Numbered from the stretch's first letter, positions 38,671-51,874 are shown. The stretch is DNA of 64,000 nt from Podarcis erhardii (GCA_964252035.1 OZ176209.1); one strand, 5' to 3'. The notes: a model not told the origin generated them from the sequence alone. Program-made: numbers and translations.

Positions 38671-40211
38671 TGCAGAGCTTAAGAGGGTAGAAAAATCAGG
38701 TTATAAATCTAAGACTAGCTGTTATTGGTAGATGCATTTCTAAGAATGAGCAGCCATGAGGGAATAAAGTCATGTTAAAAAAACATGGAAGTGTAGTCAG
38801 AGGAAGAAAGTGATGTTGGGTGAAGCATTTGGGCTTTTGACAAATGTTTTAAATCCTCCCCTCTAGCATTAAAATATTACAAATCTGCAATTCTGTCAAA
38901 TCTCTCTCTTTTTTGTTAAAGCCACACAGCCAATTTCCCTAAGGGTCCTAAGATTGCCAAGTGTGCACCGTTAAAGGGGGGAAAGTATATTTTTGGGGGA
39001 AAGGAATGGAAGACAAAAAGTTAATTTCACTCATTTAGCACCTTCAATGCTCTCTTATTACAGAACTATTTCCGTTTTTTTAATAATGATTCTGAATATT
39101 TAACCATGGCATCTGTTATGCTCTATGCAAAATTGTATGTTTAATATGTTTAACTCCACATCCGAGTGATCCTTCCTCTCATCTCTAAAATATATTTATT
39201 ATCAAATCCTTCCTATTCTGTCTGATTCGGTTAACAAATTCACGGTAACTGAACCTCATTAAGGAGTGAGGGCTGTTCAGTGACCTACATGCAATGAGCT
39301 GGTGATCCCAGTCCAGCTGTTTATATCACCTCTTCTGACACTAATTAGTACCAGAATAAGCGTTGAACACAACCCACTGGGAACTTATCTTATGAAAGCC
39401 CCTTTTGAAAGGAGTGGAATTTGTGCAAAAGGATAGGCGCTCTTGTGCAACATCCATTAATTTCAAAGTGGTACACACTGAAGGACATCCCAGAAGAAAT
39501 TCTCAGTGGATTAGGCCATGCGTCATTATGAAAATGTGAGGATCAGCCATACATACTCAGTGCTGAGCCCTTTAATGTCTATTACACGGGGAAGATCAGT
39601 ATCAGTTAGATAAGTGCACATGGCAACTTGAATCCAGTCACAGAAAGTACCAGGAGTAAGGCTCATATTCACAAGCATAGTTGCTGCTGGTTTCTGGAAA
39701 TATTTGTTGTTGTTGTTTTTTAAAAAAACATGCATAAAGAATCTTGATTCAAGAGTAAAGGATCTACCGGTATGTTTCAAGAGCTTCTCCATATGATATT
39801 TTTGCTACAAAGCTGATACCACATTTACATTTATAGCTGGTTTAAGAATTTTTCTGAGAGAGTATAATTCTTGATTTGTAGTTGTAGTAGTAGTAATAAT
39901 AATAAATTATTATGTTTTAAACCAATTACAGATAATTACAGATATTAGCAACCTCACTTAGTGCAATCCTAAACAAGTTTACTTAGAAGTAAGTCCTACT
40001 GACTTCTTTGGGATTTAGTGCCTGATGCATAGACTATGTCATGTATAGGTCTGCTATCCAGGCTGCATTGAGTGCCGTCTATTTGCAGAGACATTCAGCA
40101 ATGACATTGATACAGAAGGAGAGAATATCAGCTGATCTCTCGGTATGTCTGGTTTGCTCTGTGTTTCAGGAAGTGCTGATATTCACATGAAAGCATCTCT
40201 CTGAGCAATCA

Positions 40212-40285
40212 TAGACAATAGAATTGTAGAGTTAGAAGGGACCGACCCTTAGAGTCATCTACTCCAACCCCCTGAAATGTAAAAA
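40212..40285 (-). mobile_element. CR1 3' tail fragment
   Basis: agaattgtagagttagaagggacc..gtcatctactccaaccccctg. Confidence 0.7.
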
Positions 40286-40854
40286 TCTCAACAAGAACCT
40301 ATGATGATGCTTTTATAGGTTGCTTCTTTGATGGTCCTATAGGCTCTATTTTCTCACAAAAATGGAGCTTGCTGGGTTCAAAGCTGTCTGCTAAGGCTGT
40401 TATTTTCCTCCCAGAGCTAGATGCTGTTGCCCAAAATAAGTCTGGGTATGTCCTTTCTGTAAACAGCTGCTCACATGTCTCTTAACGGCAGCAGACACGG
40501 GTGACTAACCTTCCATGGCTCCTACAGGCAAGGAGGAAATGTCTTATCCAGTTATTTCAAAGCCTATTGCCTCCAAAGCAAACTAAATTTAGAGGCATAC
40601 TTTCACAGTGTGGCAGAAAGATGCAAGCTCAGGGCCTGCTACTCTATTAGCTGTCTTTCTTGTGAAGGAAAATTCTGGAAAAAGTGACCACCCATTATGT
40701 GAAAATACAAATAACATGCAAATGTTGGGTGTTATTCTACATTTTTTCTAATCTGAATCCAAGGAAGAGGGAGGTGTTGATGGCAAATGGAAAGACTTCC
40801 TCTTGCAACTGACTTGGAAAAATCCCTGAACCACTGTTACATAAGTCAAAGGTA

Positions 40855-40957
40855 CAGCAATACCTCAGGTTAGGAACTTAATTTGTTCTGGAGGTCCATT
40901 CTTAACCTGAATCTGTTCTTAACCTGAGATACCACTTTAGCTAATGGGGCCTCCTGC

Positions 40958-40989
<32 letters not shown>

Positions 40990-41090
40990 AATTTCTGTTG
41001 TTATCCTGGAGCAAAGTTCTTAACCCGAGGTACTATTTCTGGGTTTGTGGAGTCTGTAACCTGAAGCGTCTGTAACCCGAGGTACCACTG
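40855..41090 (+). mobile_element. Tigger/pogo-like MITE containing (GCC)n
   Basis: TA TSD, with TIRs cagcaatacctcaggtt / aacccgaggtaccactg. Confidence 0.8.
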
Positions 41091-41629
41091 TACTAAGGAA
41101 CATGTTCCCTAAGTATGGCCACCCTGTGACTTCCCCTTCCTCCTCCAGTAAACAGCATGGTTCCAACAGCTAACTATTATTATGACAAAGACCATGTCCT
41201 TTGTCAAGCAAAATAATGTTAATGGTGAGCTGATGGTTCCTTAATGGCTAGAAAATGGAGATCACACTGGAATGTTCTGGATGGGGAAACCCATCACAGC
41301 CAGGAGAAAGGGACTCATCTCTCATACATCAGCTGAGATGATGTATGCATGCACACGAAAGCTCATACCAAGAACTAACTTAGTTGGTCTTTAAGGTGCT
41401 ACTGGAAGGAATTTTTTTATTTTGTTTTGACATCAGTTGAGAGTTTTTCATCAGGGTTGTGTGTGAGAGAGACAAACAAATTTCTATTCCCAAGGGCTCC
41501 AGGAGGGCAGTGCTAATGCTGGGATGGCTTCAGGCAGGGTCAATAAAAGATCCTTGCTGGGGGAGGGAAAACCCCACTCATGTCCCCTAAAGTGCCACTG
41601 CTACAGGGAAAGTCTTACTTGATATTAAT

Positions 41630-42000
41630 ATTTTATTTAGTTTCAATATTCAAAATTACATTTTAACACTCAATACTTATAATCCTATTCTAAATTGCTA
41701 ATGACTTCCCACTCACCCATCCTCAATGTTTAGAAATGTAACTACACATAATTGCATTTTAAAGTTCCCTCATATTGAGGTTCAACCTCTTCAACAAGTA
41801 TCTTAAAATAATCTACTGCTCCCTCCCCACATTAAAACTTCAAATCCTGTTGTGGACTTCATATATAGTTACTTTTTAGGAAAGTTTAGGAAACTAGAAA
41901 AGTCCTCCTTGAAAGAATGTAAGCTTGAGTCTCTTATCAGTGCCATCAGTTTAGCCATCTCTTCTGTCAAATCCTGCGTTGTGTAGCATTCAGTACAGAA
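41630..42000 (-). mobile_element. Old L1 3' fragment
   Basis: Minus-strand LTEEMAKLMALIRDSSLHSFKEDFSSFLNF resembles the L1 ORF2 C-terminus, followed by an AATAAA-containing tail. Confidence 0.5.
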
Positions 42001-43586
42001 CTCAGGTGATGTAGTCACAGCTCCATAAAAGAAAATACTCACAAAGGCAATACAGTACTGTACCTTGGAATTAAGTTCTCACCACTTTGAGAATGGTGAG
42101 AGAAAAACGGTATTTTAAAACATTTATTTGTAGTCTGAGAACTAGAAACATTTTTTTTTAATCCAGAAGGCAAGCCAAAGGTCCAGATTCCATGCTGTAA
42201 GCTAAAAATATTGCTATGTACTGCCCTGCTGTTAAAATAGTCACAGAACTTAAATGTAACTTAGATCCCTAGAAGAGAAAGAGATCCTTTCTTGATCTTT
42301 GCACTGGAAATGCCTGAAGAATGCAAAACTGAGGATTTTCAAGTAACAAGATCAGTGCTGTGTATGTACATCAAGTTAAAGTGGAGGCTATCAAGTTGTG
42401 GGTAATGTGAGGCTTTTGTTGCTCACATCTTTAAGCAAATTAACCTGATTTGTATTTACATGTCAAGTACGTGATTTGGACATAATCTTCCATCTTCACA
42501 CCTCTCTGAATTATGAGATGCACTTCTTGGCTCAGAAACATATTTATTGTTTATTTATATTTAACAGAGTTTGCACACCACCTAATCATATAAACCTCTA
42601 AGCAGCTTGCAGAAACTATAAAATAGACTTTACGATTGTTAATAAAGGTCAGAAGTTAAAAACAAACTGATTTTCCAAAAAAATCAAGATATAAATAAAA
42701 TCAGCAGCTGAAAAATATGCATTTTAAAATAAAATTGCATATCAAAATATCAGCTTTACATATCTGGGTAGGGTTGCTGAAACAAAATGGGTTTTAGCAG
42801 GCTCTGAAAACAGTACAGTTAAGGGGACTGCCTAATGGCAATGGGCAAGGAATTCCACAATGTGTAACTGCTGCCGTACTAAAGTATTTATTCCTTCCAA
42901 GTGTGGAATGAACATCATGTGGCACTTCTGCAGATCATAGCAGATGAGTGGGCATATGTGGGAGAACACAATTTTTTGAGCACACTGTTCCCATGCATCT
43001 TAAATTAAAATGCATGCTAGAATAAAACGTCAGAAAAATAATGCAAGCTTTCATGCAGCTTTTAAAAATAAAATCCACAGACTGATGCGGAAATAATGGA
43101 ATGAATTTAGGAATGGGCATATCAAACATTTTCGTAGGCCAGAAACAAACTGATCCATCCACCCCTGTATGAAAGCAGAGAGTTAAAATATAGATTCTGG
43201 GCCTTTTCTCCTGCAAGGATTGCAATTGTTTGCCTGAAAGCAATTAAAACTAATAAATACTTTAAATGCAAATTTGGTTGGTGTACATAATAGAATCAAT
43301 TAACATTGTAAAAACAACTGGCTACAAAAACATCTTGACAGAGATTTATGTACATGGAATAGATTGACAAATATTTATCCTGCAAAACGTGACAAATAGC
43401 AACAGTGGCATAGATGGAAGAAACAATCAGTCCTGCAGTAGTCATCTTGAATAGGTAATTTTCAGAACAAGTTTATTCTAATGAATAACTTGCTTACAGC
43501 TCATGTTAGTGCCTGTTTAGGAGCTTTGCTGGATTGCAGGGAGATTATTGCCATGCGTAGCTAAAATTGTGGCCAAACTACCACAG

Positions 43587-43909
43587 CAGGCCCTCCAAGC
43601 ACCCCAATTTTCCAGGCACAGCCCCAGATTCACAGAAGCTGCTCCGGTTTCTGATTTGACCCTAGAAAATCCCACTTTTCCTTAGAACGTCCCTATTTTC
43701 CTTGGTGACATTTTGGAGGGTATGGAGTTATGTGACTCCTGAGCCAAGGAGGTAAGTAGCAGCTATGTAACTTTTAGTAGATATATGAAGGCAGCTCTGT
43801 ATAGGGAAGTTTTTTAATGTTTAATGTTTTGATATGTTTTTATGTATGTTGGAAGCTGCCTAGAGTGGCTGGGGCAACCCAGTCAGATGGGTGGGGTACA
43901 AATAAAATA

Positions 43910-43940
<31 letters not shown>

Positions 43941-43985
43941 AAGAAGAAGAAGAAGAAGCCCCTATTTTCATCAGAGGAAATAATG
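43587..43985 (+). mobile_element. Second copy of the composite MITE with L2 tail
   Basis: Colinear with 45198-45409 plus 47334-47473 (ggtttctgatttga, ggagggtatggagttat, ggaagctgcc.agagtggctggggcaacccag). The tail is expanded to (AAG)n. Confidence 0.7.
43911..43958. repeat. (AAG)n microsatellite
   Basis: Direct. Confidence 0.95.
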
Positions 43986-45409
43986 CCACAAAGGTGGGAA
44001 ATCTCAGTTTCTGAGGCCAAACACGGCCTTTCAGGCCTCCCTACCTGGCCCTCAAAGCCACCCCCCCATCACACTCCAGTTTTCTAGGCCGCATCCCTCA
44101 CTTACTTTGTTTTGCATTATAAGTTGTTGTTTTTTGCCTAGCTGGAATATGCCCTTGAACTCTGAGAATCCCTCCTGGTTGCCTGTAGGGAGGGCAGAGG
44201 GGGTATTTGAGTGTGTATAGCCCACTGAACACATCCTGCCTCTAATCCTGCCCACTGCTGGCATGTGGTGGCCCTTGAAGCATGGTTCAGAAGGAAACGC
44301 CACTTTCAGGCTGAACGTTTTCCCACCCCAATGCACTATCTCAAGCCATATGGCCATATTTCTCATTCTTGTATTGTGTTTACAGGTAGGGTTTTTTAAA
44401 TAATTTTTTTTTACTTTTTTCATTAAATTATGCAAGAAAACATTCCTCCACAAATAATATCTAATTGAATAAAACATTAAAGATGAAGGACGCATACTGC
44501 CATAAGGCAGTCTAAATATTATGTTGTTTAATAAACCAGAGTGCTGGTAAAAGGTTGCTCTTGGTAACAATGTGATCACTCAGTACAATTTATCAATGTT
44601 TATTTAAGAATGTAGTTGAATGAGGAACAAACAAAAAGCAATTTAATGCAGCAAACAGGCCACATGGTCCACTCCTTGCATAATTTATCTTTTATGACAG
44701 ATTCCATTTTCTGCTGGTGGTATTATTATACAAAAACCTATTTGCATGGTGAAAGTGCATTCATAGCTGCAGCATAAACTTAACTTCATGGTAGCAACAT
44801 TTAATTTGAATGATATTATTCAGTTATCAAGGAAAATAAGCCACCCTCTAAGGAACTATGTATATTTGATTATGGCATAAGAAGCAGTTTTGAGAGCCAG
44901 AAACGACAACACAACTGTTTTGTGAGAAATAGACTATCATTTTCCAGAACCTCCAATATCTGTCATTGCAGGCCGGGGAGTCATCAGTCACACATCCAAA
45001 CAAAGTCAGATAAGTGACAGTGTTGACACATAGTCACACAAACACAATTTGGCAATTAAATTTGGTACTGTAATGCCTAAGAAAGGCATGAGGAGTAATA
45101 AGCAACAGATACATTATTTCATGAGAGTCACTATAGCTCTGGCTTGCGAGACATTGGCTGTGAGGCAGTCCCAACTGCAGCTTTTGATTGGTAGAAGCAG
45201 ACCCTCCACATGCCTCTGTTTTCCAGGGACGTCCCTGATTTAGAGAAGATATCCTGGTTTCTGATTTGATCCCAGAATGACCCGCTTTTCTTTAGGATGT
45301 CCCTATTTTCATTGGAGAAATGTTGGAGGGTATGGAGTTATCCGACCCCTGAGCTGTCTGAAGGCAATCTTGTATAGAGAAGGGTTTTTTTTAATGTTTA
45401 ATTATGGTT

Positions 45410-46645
45410 GGAGTTGTTTTTTTTAAAAAAATAACTTTTTATTGGGCTTTATAAACAAGAATGTTATACAAATAAGTTTTCTCTTGTCATTTGAATATCA
45501 CAAAAATAGCACTCTAAATGTAGAGTGATATCTACAACATATGGTTCCTCCTGGGCCGTGTTCAGAAAGTGGTGGTGGGGGATGAGTGTTCAGACCCCTG
45601 GGCCCTCACTTGTGGGGTGCCTCAGGGTTCCGTCCTCTCCCCCATGCTTTTTAACATCTATATGAAGCCGCTGGGAGAGATCATCAGGGGGTTTGGACTG
45701 GGTGTCCATCAATATGCAGATGATACCCAGCTCTACCTCTCTTTCAAATCAGAACCAGTGAAGGCGGTGAAGGTCTTGTGTGAGTGCCTGGAGGCGGTTG
45801 GAGGATGGATGGCGGCTAATGGATTGAGGTTGAATCCTGACAAGACAGAAGTACTGTTTTGGGGGGACAGGGGGCGGGCTGGTGTGGAGGATTCCCTGGT
45901 CCTGAATGGGGTAACTGTGCCCCTGAAGGACCAGGTGCGCAGCCTGGGAGTCATTTTGGACTCACAGCTGTCCATGGAGGCGCAGGTCAATTCTGTATCC
46001 AGGGCAGCTGTCTACCAACTCCACCTGGTACGCAGGCTGAGACCCTACCTGCCCGCGGACTGTCTCGCCAGAGTGGTGCATGCTCTAGTTATCTCCCGCT
46101 TGGACTACTGCAATGCGCTCTACGTGGGGCTACCTTTGAAGGTGACTCGGAAACTACAACTAATCCAGAATGCGGCAGCTAGACTGGTGACTGGGGGCAG
46201 CCGCCGAGACCACATAACACTGGTCTTGAAAGACCTACATTGGCTCCCAGTATGTTTCCGAGCACAATTCAAAGTGCTGGTGTTGACCTTTAAAGCCCTA
46301 AACGGCCTCGGCCCAGTATACCTGAAGGAGCGTCTCCACCCCCATCGTTCTGCCCGGACGCTGAGGTCCAGCGCCGAGGGACTTCTGGCGGTTCCCTCAT
46401 TACGAGAAGCAAAGCTACAGGGAACCAGGCAGAGGGCCTTCTCGGTAGTGGCACCCGCCTTGTGGAACGCCCTCCCATCAGATGTCAAAGCGATAAATAA
46501 CTACCTGACATTCAGAAGACATCTTAAGGCAGCCCTGTTCAGGGAAGTTTTTAATCTGTGATATTTTAGTGTATTTCTGGTTTTTATGGAAGCCGCCCAG
46601 AGTGGCTGGGGAAACCCAGCCAGATGGGCGGGGTACAAATAATAA

Positions 46646-46676
<31 letters not shown>

Positions 46677-47333
46677 GTGGTCAATGTATAAGTTCTTGGT
46701 TCATGAATTGGTTTAAACAAAGGGGAAACAGGATAGAACAGAGTTTTTCTTTTTGTTAGGAAGAAAAGAGGGGAAAGAGAAGGTGGGGGGAATGGTAAGT
46801 GGGGTGGGGTGGGGTGGTTATGCTTCTATTCTTCTACTTAGTGTATGTGTGGGGTTTTGTGTCAGTGTTACTTGTATGGGTTCTCTTAACTATTCGCTTG
46901 TTGTATTTCCATGGTGGTGAGAGAGGTTGGTGGTGGCTTAGGTTGTGGTTGGTTGTCTTTGGTTGGCTGCAGTGAGAATTGTTTTTGTGTGAGAGCGGGG
47001 TGTGAGTGTGTATTTTTTAATTAGGTTAGCCAGATTGATTTGTATGCTGTCGGCAGATTCTTGTTGTCTTGTTGGGCTGTGTATGTAATAAAGGGAGCCA
47101 TAGCAGGGTGAAGGCAAATTCTTCTATTTGTCCCCGTGTCAGTTTCAGTTTATTGGTTAGTTTTTCTAATAAGGCTGTGTCTTATACTCTTTGATACCAT
47201 TGGTCCATGCTTACTCCTGACAAGTCTCTCCAATGTCCTGGCTATGATGTTTCTGGCTGCTGAGAGTAGGTGGGTTATGAGCTCTTTATGATGTGAGTAG
47301 GCATTATTATCTTGGAAGATGTTTAGCAGGGCA
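45410..47333 (-). mobile_element. 5'-truncated L1-clade LINE split by the L2 insertion (parts 45410-45548 and 46677-47333)
   Basis: ORF2 C-terminus ELITHLLSAARNIIAR..WYQRV..ALLEKLTNKLKL at 47030-47330, poly-T and TTTATT at about 45416-45445, and TSD-like tttaattatg(g/c)tt at 45397-45409 and 47334-47346. Confidence 0.7.
45549..46676 (+). mobile_element. 5'-truncated L2-clade LINE with uninterrupted RT C-terminal ORF (45569-46561)
   Basis: CGVPQGSVLSPMLFNIYM, HQYADDTQLY, LNPDKTE, SRLDYCN and DHIT..L..LHWLP motifs with no stops in 330 codons, followed by a 3'UTR and (TAT)n tail. Confidence 0.95.
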
Positions 47334-48689
47334 TTTAATTATGCTTGTATATATGTTGGAAGCTGCCCAGAGTGGCTGGGGCAACCCAGTAAGATGTGTG
47401 GGCTATAAATATTAATGTTATCATTATGGAATGGGACATCCCTATTTCCATTGGAGAAATGTTGGAGGGTATGTAGAAGACATTTACAGAAGGCAAATAA
47501 CTGTTTGCAGTTCCACTGATTGCAATGGGGAGGCCTCTGGCTGAGCTTATATTCATATATTGGCTTCAACATGTGCTTGGGATTAAATCAAACTAAAGGG
47601 TATGATTTGTCTGCATGTTTCAAACAAGTCCCTGTAGGTTATGTCACCTCACCAGTCTTATAGAGTAGGGAAGGAGGAAAGCTAAGGTGAGGCTGCTTGG
47701 TCTGGGTTTGCTGGGCCAGGCTCAGTTCCCTCAGCTGGCTGAATTTAACAAGAGGTCAGGGCTATATGCACTTCAGGAGTAATCGGCAGGACAGGGTTCC
47801 TGGATTCCCCTCCGAGCATTGCTGGTGGTTACAGAGAGGAAGCAGCGGCAGGGACTTGGGCACAGTGTGGGCATGGTGGTGAGTGTGCTTGGCTCTGTTC
47901 TGCCGTCAACTACTTAACTGCCGGTCTTCAGCACTTTTAGAACTTCTGAGTACTTCCAGTTAAATGGTAGAGAGAGAGTGCACAACTCATAGCATACCAT
48001 TAATAATCCACGTGTTACTGGCCATCACGGAGCTGCTATCCAATGGTCTCTTCTTGGCTGCAGAAGGGCTTATTGTCCTGCCCTTTGTAGGCTACAGTTG
48101 CCACCAAAATTTCACCTAAAGTGAAATTTGAAGTGAATTTGAGGGAAGTGCCTCAGGTGACACATGGGATGCTTCCAGTCTGTTTACTGGGAGGTTGCGG
48201 CTCCTCAGGTGTGCAAGTTTTTTTCACAGAATCTGCATCACATTCCATTCTTCCTGTTTTATTAATTGCTTACATTCTCTTCCTTGTTTTCCCTTTGACT
48301 TCTTTTTAAACCGACACAAACAGTCTAACTTGCTTCATTCACAGCTCAAAGTGCATTCTTGTTCCAAATATACTATTGTTATTTTGGTGGTTTTAGTAGT
48401 GATGTTTAGCACAGATTGTTGAATACTGTCTTTATGTGATTTCCACAATTGCACATTGCTGTAGGGTTATGTTCTAGAATACTGAGAAGTGGGACACTGA
48501 GTTTTTGTTTCTATATTTATGATTTTTATGAATTTCACTTAATTGTGGCATATCTATGGGCATGACTTCCCCAAAAGCTTGAATTATAGCTCACTGATAA
48601 AGGATGGATCCAATAATATATATATGTTGTTGAAAGGAATAGATTTAGAGTTTCAAAACAACTATATTACCTTGTATAGGAAATAAAAG

Positions 48690-49915
48690 CATCCTATGGA
48701 GTGTGAATTTAAAATGTTCTTTTCACAGTTGGCTCTTCTACCCTTAGATTTACAACTACGGGTATTTCCTGCAAAGCCTTTGCAGATGGAAGAAATAAAG
48801 AATGTCATTAATAGTATGAGGGCTCAGAAAACTCTGGAGCCAGATGGCTTTCTTACTGAATGGTATAAGACATATTCAGACTCCTTGCTCCTTAGGTTAC
48901 TGCATGGGTGTAGTCGGGATTTATTTGGGGAGAAGCCTTTATGTTGGGGGGGAAGGGGAACTGAGATCTGCAATGCAATTGGTCAGTTAAGTATTTTTAT
49001 TTGTTTACTTGATTTATGTGGGCAACGGTTCCCCTCTGCACTTGCTGGCTACACTAATGGGTTGCTTATCTTTTATTGAAATGCTTTTGGATCGGATATC
49101 CTGCCATCTTCATTGCATCATATTCATACCTCTGTTATTCCCAAGCTTGGTAAAGTCCACACTTGTTGTGCAAATTTTAGCCCAACCTCCTTAATGAATG
49201 TAGCTGCCGCAACAACATTCCTTGCTAATAGACAGGGGTGGAGCAAGGTGGGGACGGACTGCCCCATGTGTAGCCACCGAGGGGGGTGACATTCGGTGTG
49301 CTTCCTACCTGCGACTCCTGCCTACCCTGAGCCATTGGGGGAAAGGGGGTAGTTGTGCAGCTTTTCACCACTACATTTTGACAGTCCCATACTCCCAGAG
49401 GAGGCAGGCAGGCAGGCAGGCAGGGAGAGGATGGGAAGGTGGCAGATGAGCAAACAAATGGAGGGTGGAGGGAAGGAGAGAAGCAGAAGCTCTCTCAACT
49501 CAGGACCGAAACCCTGCAACCCCCCGAAAAGCTGAACAACTTTTTCCAACACTCCCCTAAAAAAAGCTCAAGAACTCCTGGCAATGATAATGGGTAGATC
49601 ACAGCCAGTCTTTTTATACTGTGAGTAGATCGCAGTCTCTTGGGAGTCCAACTAAATTTAAATTGGGGGGGGGGGGGTGACAAGAAATTTTCTGCACCGG
49701 GTACCACCTGACCTTGCTACGCCACTGCTAATAGACTTCAGACTATGATAGAAACATCAGTATACCCAGATCAGGTGGGCTTTATTCACCAAAGGCAGGG
49801 AGCAGAAGATAATTCAAGGGTGATCCAAGTTGGTTGCTTTATATAGCAAAATAACTGTTCAGTTGCAGTTATTCTCTTGATGCTGAAAAAGCATTTTTAC
49901 AAAATATAGCATTAG
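48690..49915 (+). mobile_element. Old L1 ORF2 (RT-proximal) fragments
   Basis: PLQMEEIKNVINSMRAQKTLEPDGFLTEWYK (about 48775-48870) and LANRLQTMI...PDQVGFI...LDAEKAF (49728-49900). Confidence 0.65.
49233..49727 (+). mobile_element. hAT-type MITE
   Basis: Perfect 8-bp TSD ctaataga, with TIRs caggggtggagcaagg / ccttgctacgccactg. Confidence 0.8.
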
Positions 49916-49924
49916 AGTCTATGT

Positions 49925-50200
49925 CAGGGGTAGGCAACCTAATGCCCATGGGCCACAAGCGGCCCTCGGGGGTCGTTTAGCTTGCCCATGAGCCTTCCCT
50001 GAACCAAGCTGCCTGTTCAGCGAGTCCCCGTGAGCTGCACTAAACTGGCGCAGCAAGGTGCAGGGACTTGCTTCTACGGCGCCGGAAATTATGTCTGCGC
50101 ATGCTCAGATGCCAAAATCACGTCTGTGCAAGCGCAGACACCGGAAATTGTGTCTGCGCAAATGCAGACACCGGAAATTGCGGCCGCATGTGCTGACATG
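49925..50200 (+). mobile_element. hAT-Charlie-type MITE, 3' end missing
   Basis: Begins caggggtaggcaacct, has internal ccggaaat..gtctgcgca repeats, and no matching right TIR. Confidence 0.6.
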
Positions 50201-50959
50201 TGGTTTAGACACCACCTACCAGGTTCTTAAAAACAAAACATTAACAGTTAATAGAATGTTGTAGTTTAGCTTCTTGTAACTAACAGAGCTATTATGTGTT
50301 CTTTCTTATGCCTGTCCTCCTAATTTATCTAGATTTCTTCTAACAGTAGTCTTGGCTACTGTATCATGGTACCAGAATGTCAAAACTGGTTTTGAAAACA
50401 GAAGAGCCAAAATAGTATGGAAACTCACTTTAAAAACAATAATGTCTGTAATAAATTGATAATTGAATACAGAGGTAGGAGCATGCAGATTTGCCATGTT
50501 TTTCCCATTCTGCCCTGCAAACTATAATTAGGTCAAGAGATTCAATCAAGCACATTCTGAATAATACTACCATTTAGAAATTATTTGAGGAAGTACATCC
50601 ATACTGTAGTAATGCCTTTTTTTTTAATAGAATGAGTTTCGTAGCATATGTAAAAACAGAAGCTTATATAAATGTGTTTCGTTCTGCTTATGCCATTTTC
50701 GTTTGCTTTAATACTGACATGCTTCCCCCACCACACCCAAAATGTGAGTATTCCCTATTTTTCAGCAAACATTACTTTTCCCATGAGGGTTTTATATTTT
50801 GCTTAATGCAACAGTTCTGCCTTTTCGCCCCTGTCTTTGAATTTAAGTCATCCAAGTACCAAAAGCAGCCTACAATTTGGTGAAGTGGAAGCACTTAACA
50901 TGTTAGGAGCTTTGACAGATTTGAGGCTTCCACATGTGAAAATGGTTCATGGAGGTACA

Positions 50960-51170
50960 AATAGTAGGAACAATTTGGTTTGGTTCATATTTTAATGTGA
51001 ACCTACCTATTTCACTCTTCCTGAAACAATGTGAACTGAAACACAACTGATCCTTTGAAATTCACATTTCCACAATTTTTGTAATGCAGTTGTCAGACTA
51101 AAAAAATGTGTACATAAATGCACCAACTAGTGTGAACAAAAATGCATATGTTATTGAAAGTAACATTGCA
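50960..51170 (+). mobile_element. Partial copy of the 699-1107 family (5' half), abutting NAV3 3' end
   Basis: gaacctacctatt..tcctttgaaattcacattt..gcagtt matches 740-860. Confidence 0.55.
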
Positions 51171-51214
51171 ATGTGCAAAAGACAACAGACTCAGTTGTCA
51201 ATAAATAATTCCAC

Positions 51215-51220
51215 TTTAAT
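51215..51220 (-). terminator. Putative poly(A) signal ATTAAA of NAV3
   Basis: Plus-strand tttaat, with a GU/U-rich downstream element about 25-45 nt further along the minus strand. Confidence 0.6.
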
Positions 51221-51773
51221 GGCAAAGTAATAATTTAGACAGATACAGTGTGCACACTTGCAAAAAATATATGCAAGCTGGTTTACAAGCTAGAAGAACA
51301 ACAAATCAATAGAAAATACATCATCCAGTTAAGTCTGATGACACCAAATACTTATTATTAGGGCTTTACAAAGACTACAAAACTTTTCAGATGATTTATC
51401 TCACTGTTTCTGTCTATTTACATGATATGTTACATCGAAAATGTACAAAATATAAAATGTATACAGACAAATGTTTCACAAACATTTTAAAGTTGTAAAC
51501 TAGGTGGACTCATTGAGATGTATTGCAGGGAAATTTGTATTATGTGGTACATACATACAGGTATTTTGTGTGTGCGCGTCAAAATGGCAGGAATTCATGG
51601 GTTTGCTTATATGTTGTTTCAGACCACATATATCATAAAGAGCAGTTGTTGTTTTAGTCATCTGCCAGAGAGTGGCATGTCATTTAACAATATGAGAAAG
51701 TAATCTAGGATTTGTGCCTGACTTCAGACTACATTCTTTGTGCATAATATCAGAGTTTTATTTATTAGGGCAA

Positions 51774-51781
51774 TAGCACCA
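51774..51781 (-). promoter_or_regulatory. miR-29 8mer seed site in NAV3 3'UTR
   Basis: Plus-strand TAGCACCA reads UGGUGCUA in the mRNA. Confidence 0.55.
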
Positions 51782-51874
51782 TGCAGGGGACCTGTAGCTT
51801 CAGTGCTGCAGCAAGGAAAACTACACTGATTTCCTTGACTTTGTTTTATAAAGTAGATGGGCCACAGGAGTTTG

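Larger units (their letters stand above)
45198..47473 (+). mobile_element. Composite MITE (TIR ca(g/t)accctcca) carrying an L2 3' tail; host of nested L1 and L2
   Basis: Left TIR cagaccctcca, right TIR tggagggtatg (also present internally, ending 45334), and a flanking 6-bp duplication tagaag. Own sequence is 45198-45409 plus 47334-47473. Confidence 0.65.

Noticed and set aside
43842-44087. Poly-lysine ORF
   Set aside because: It is the translation of an (AAG)n microsatellite in a repeat tail.
44052-44579. 175-aa minus-strand ORF
   Set aside because: No recognisable motif, TTG start, and it overlaps degenerate repeat sequence.
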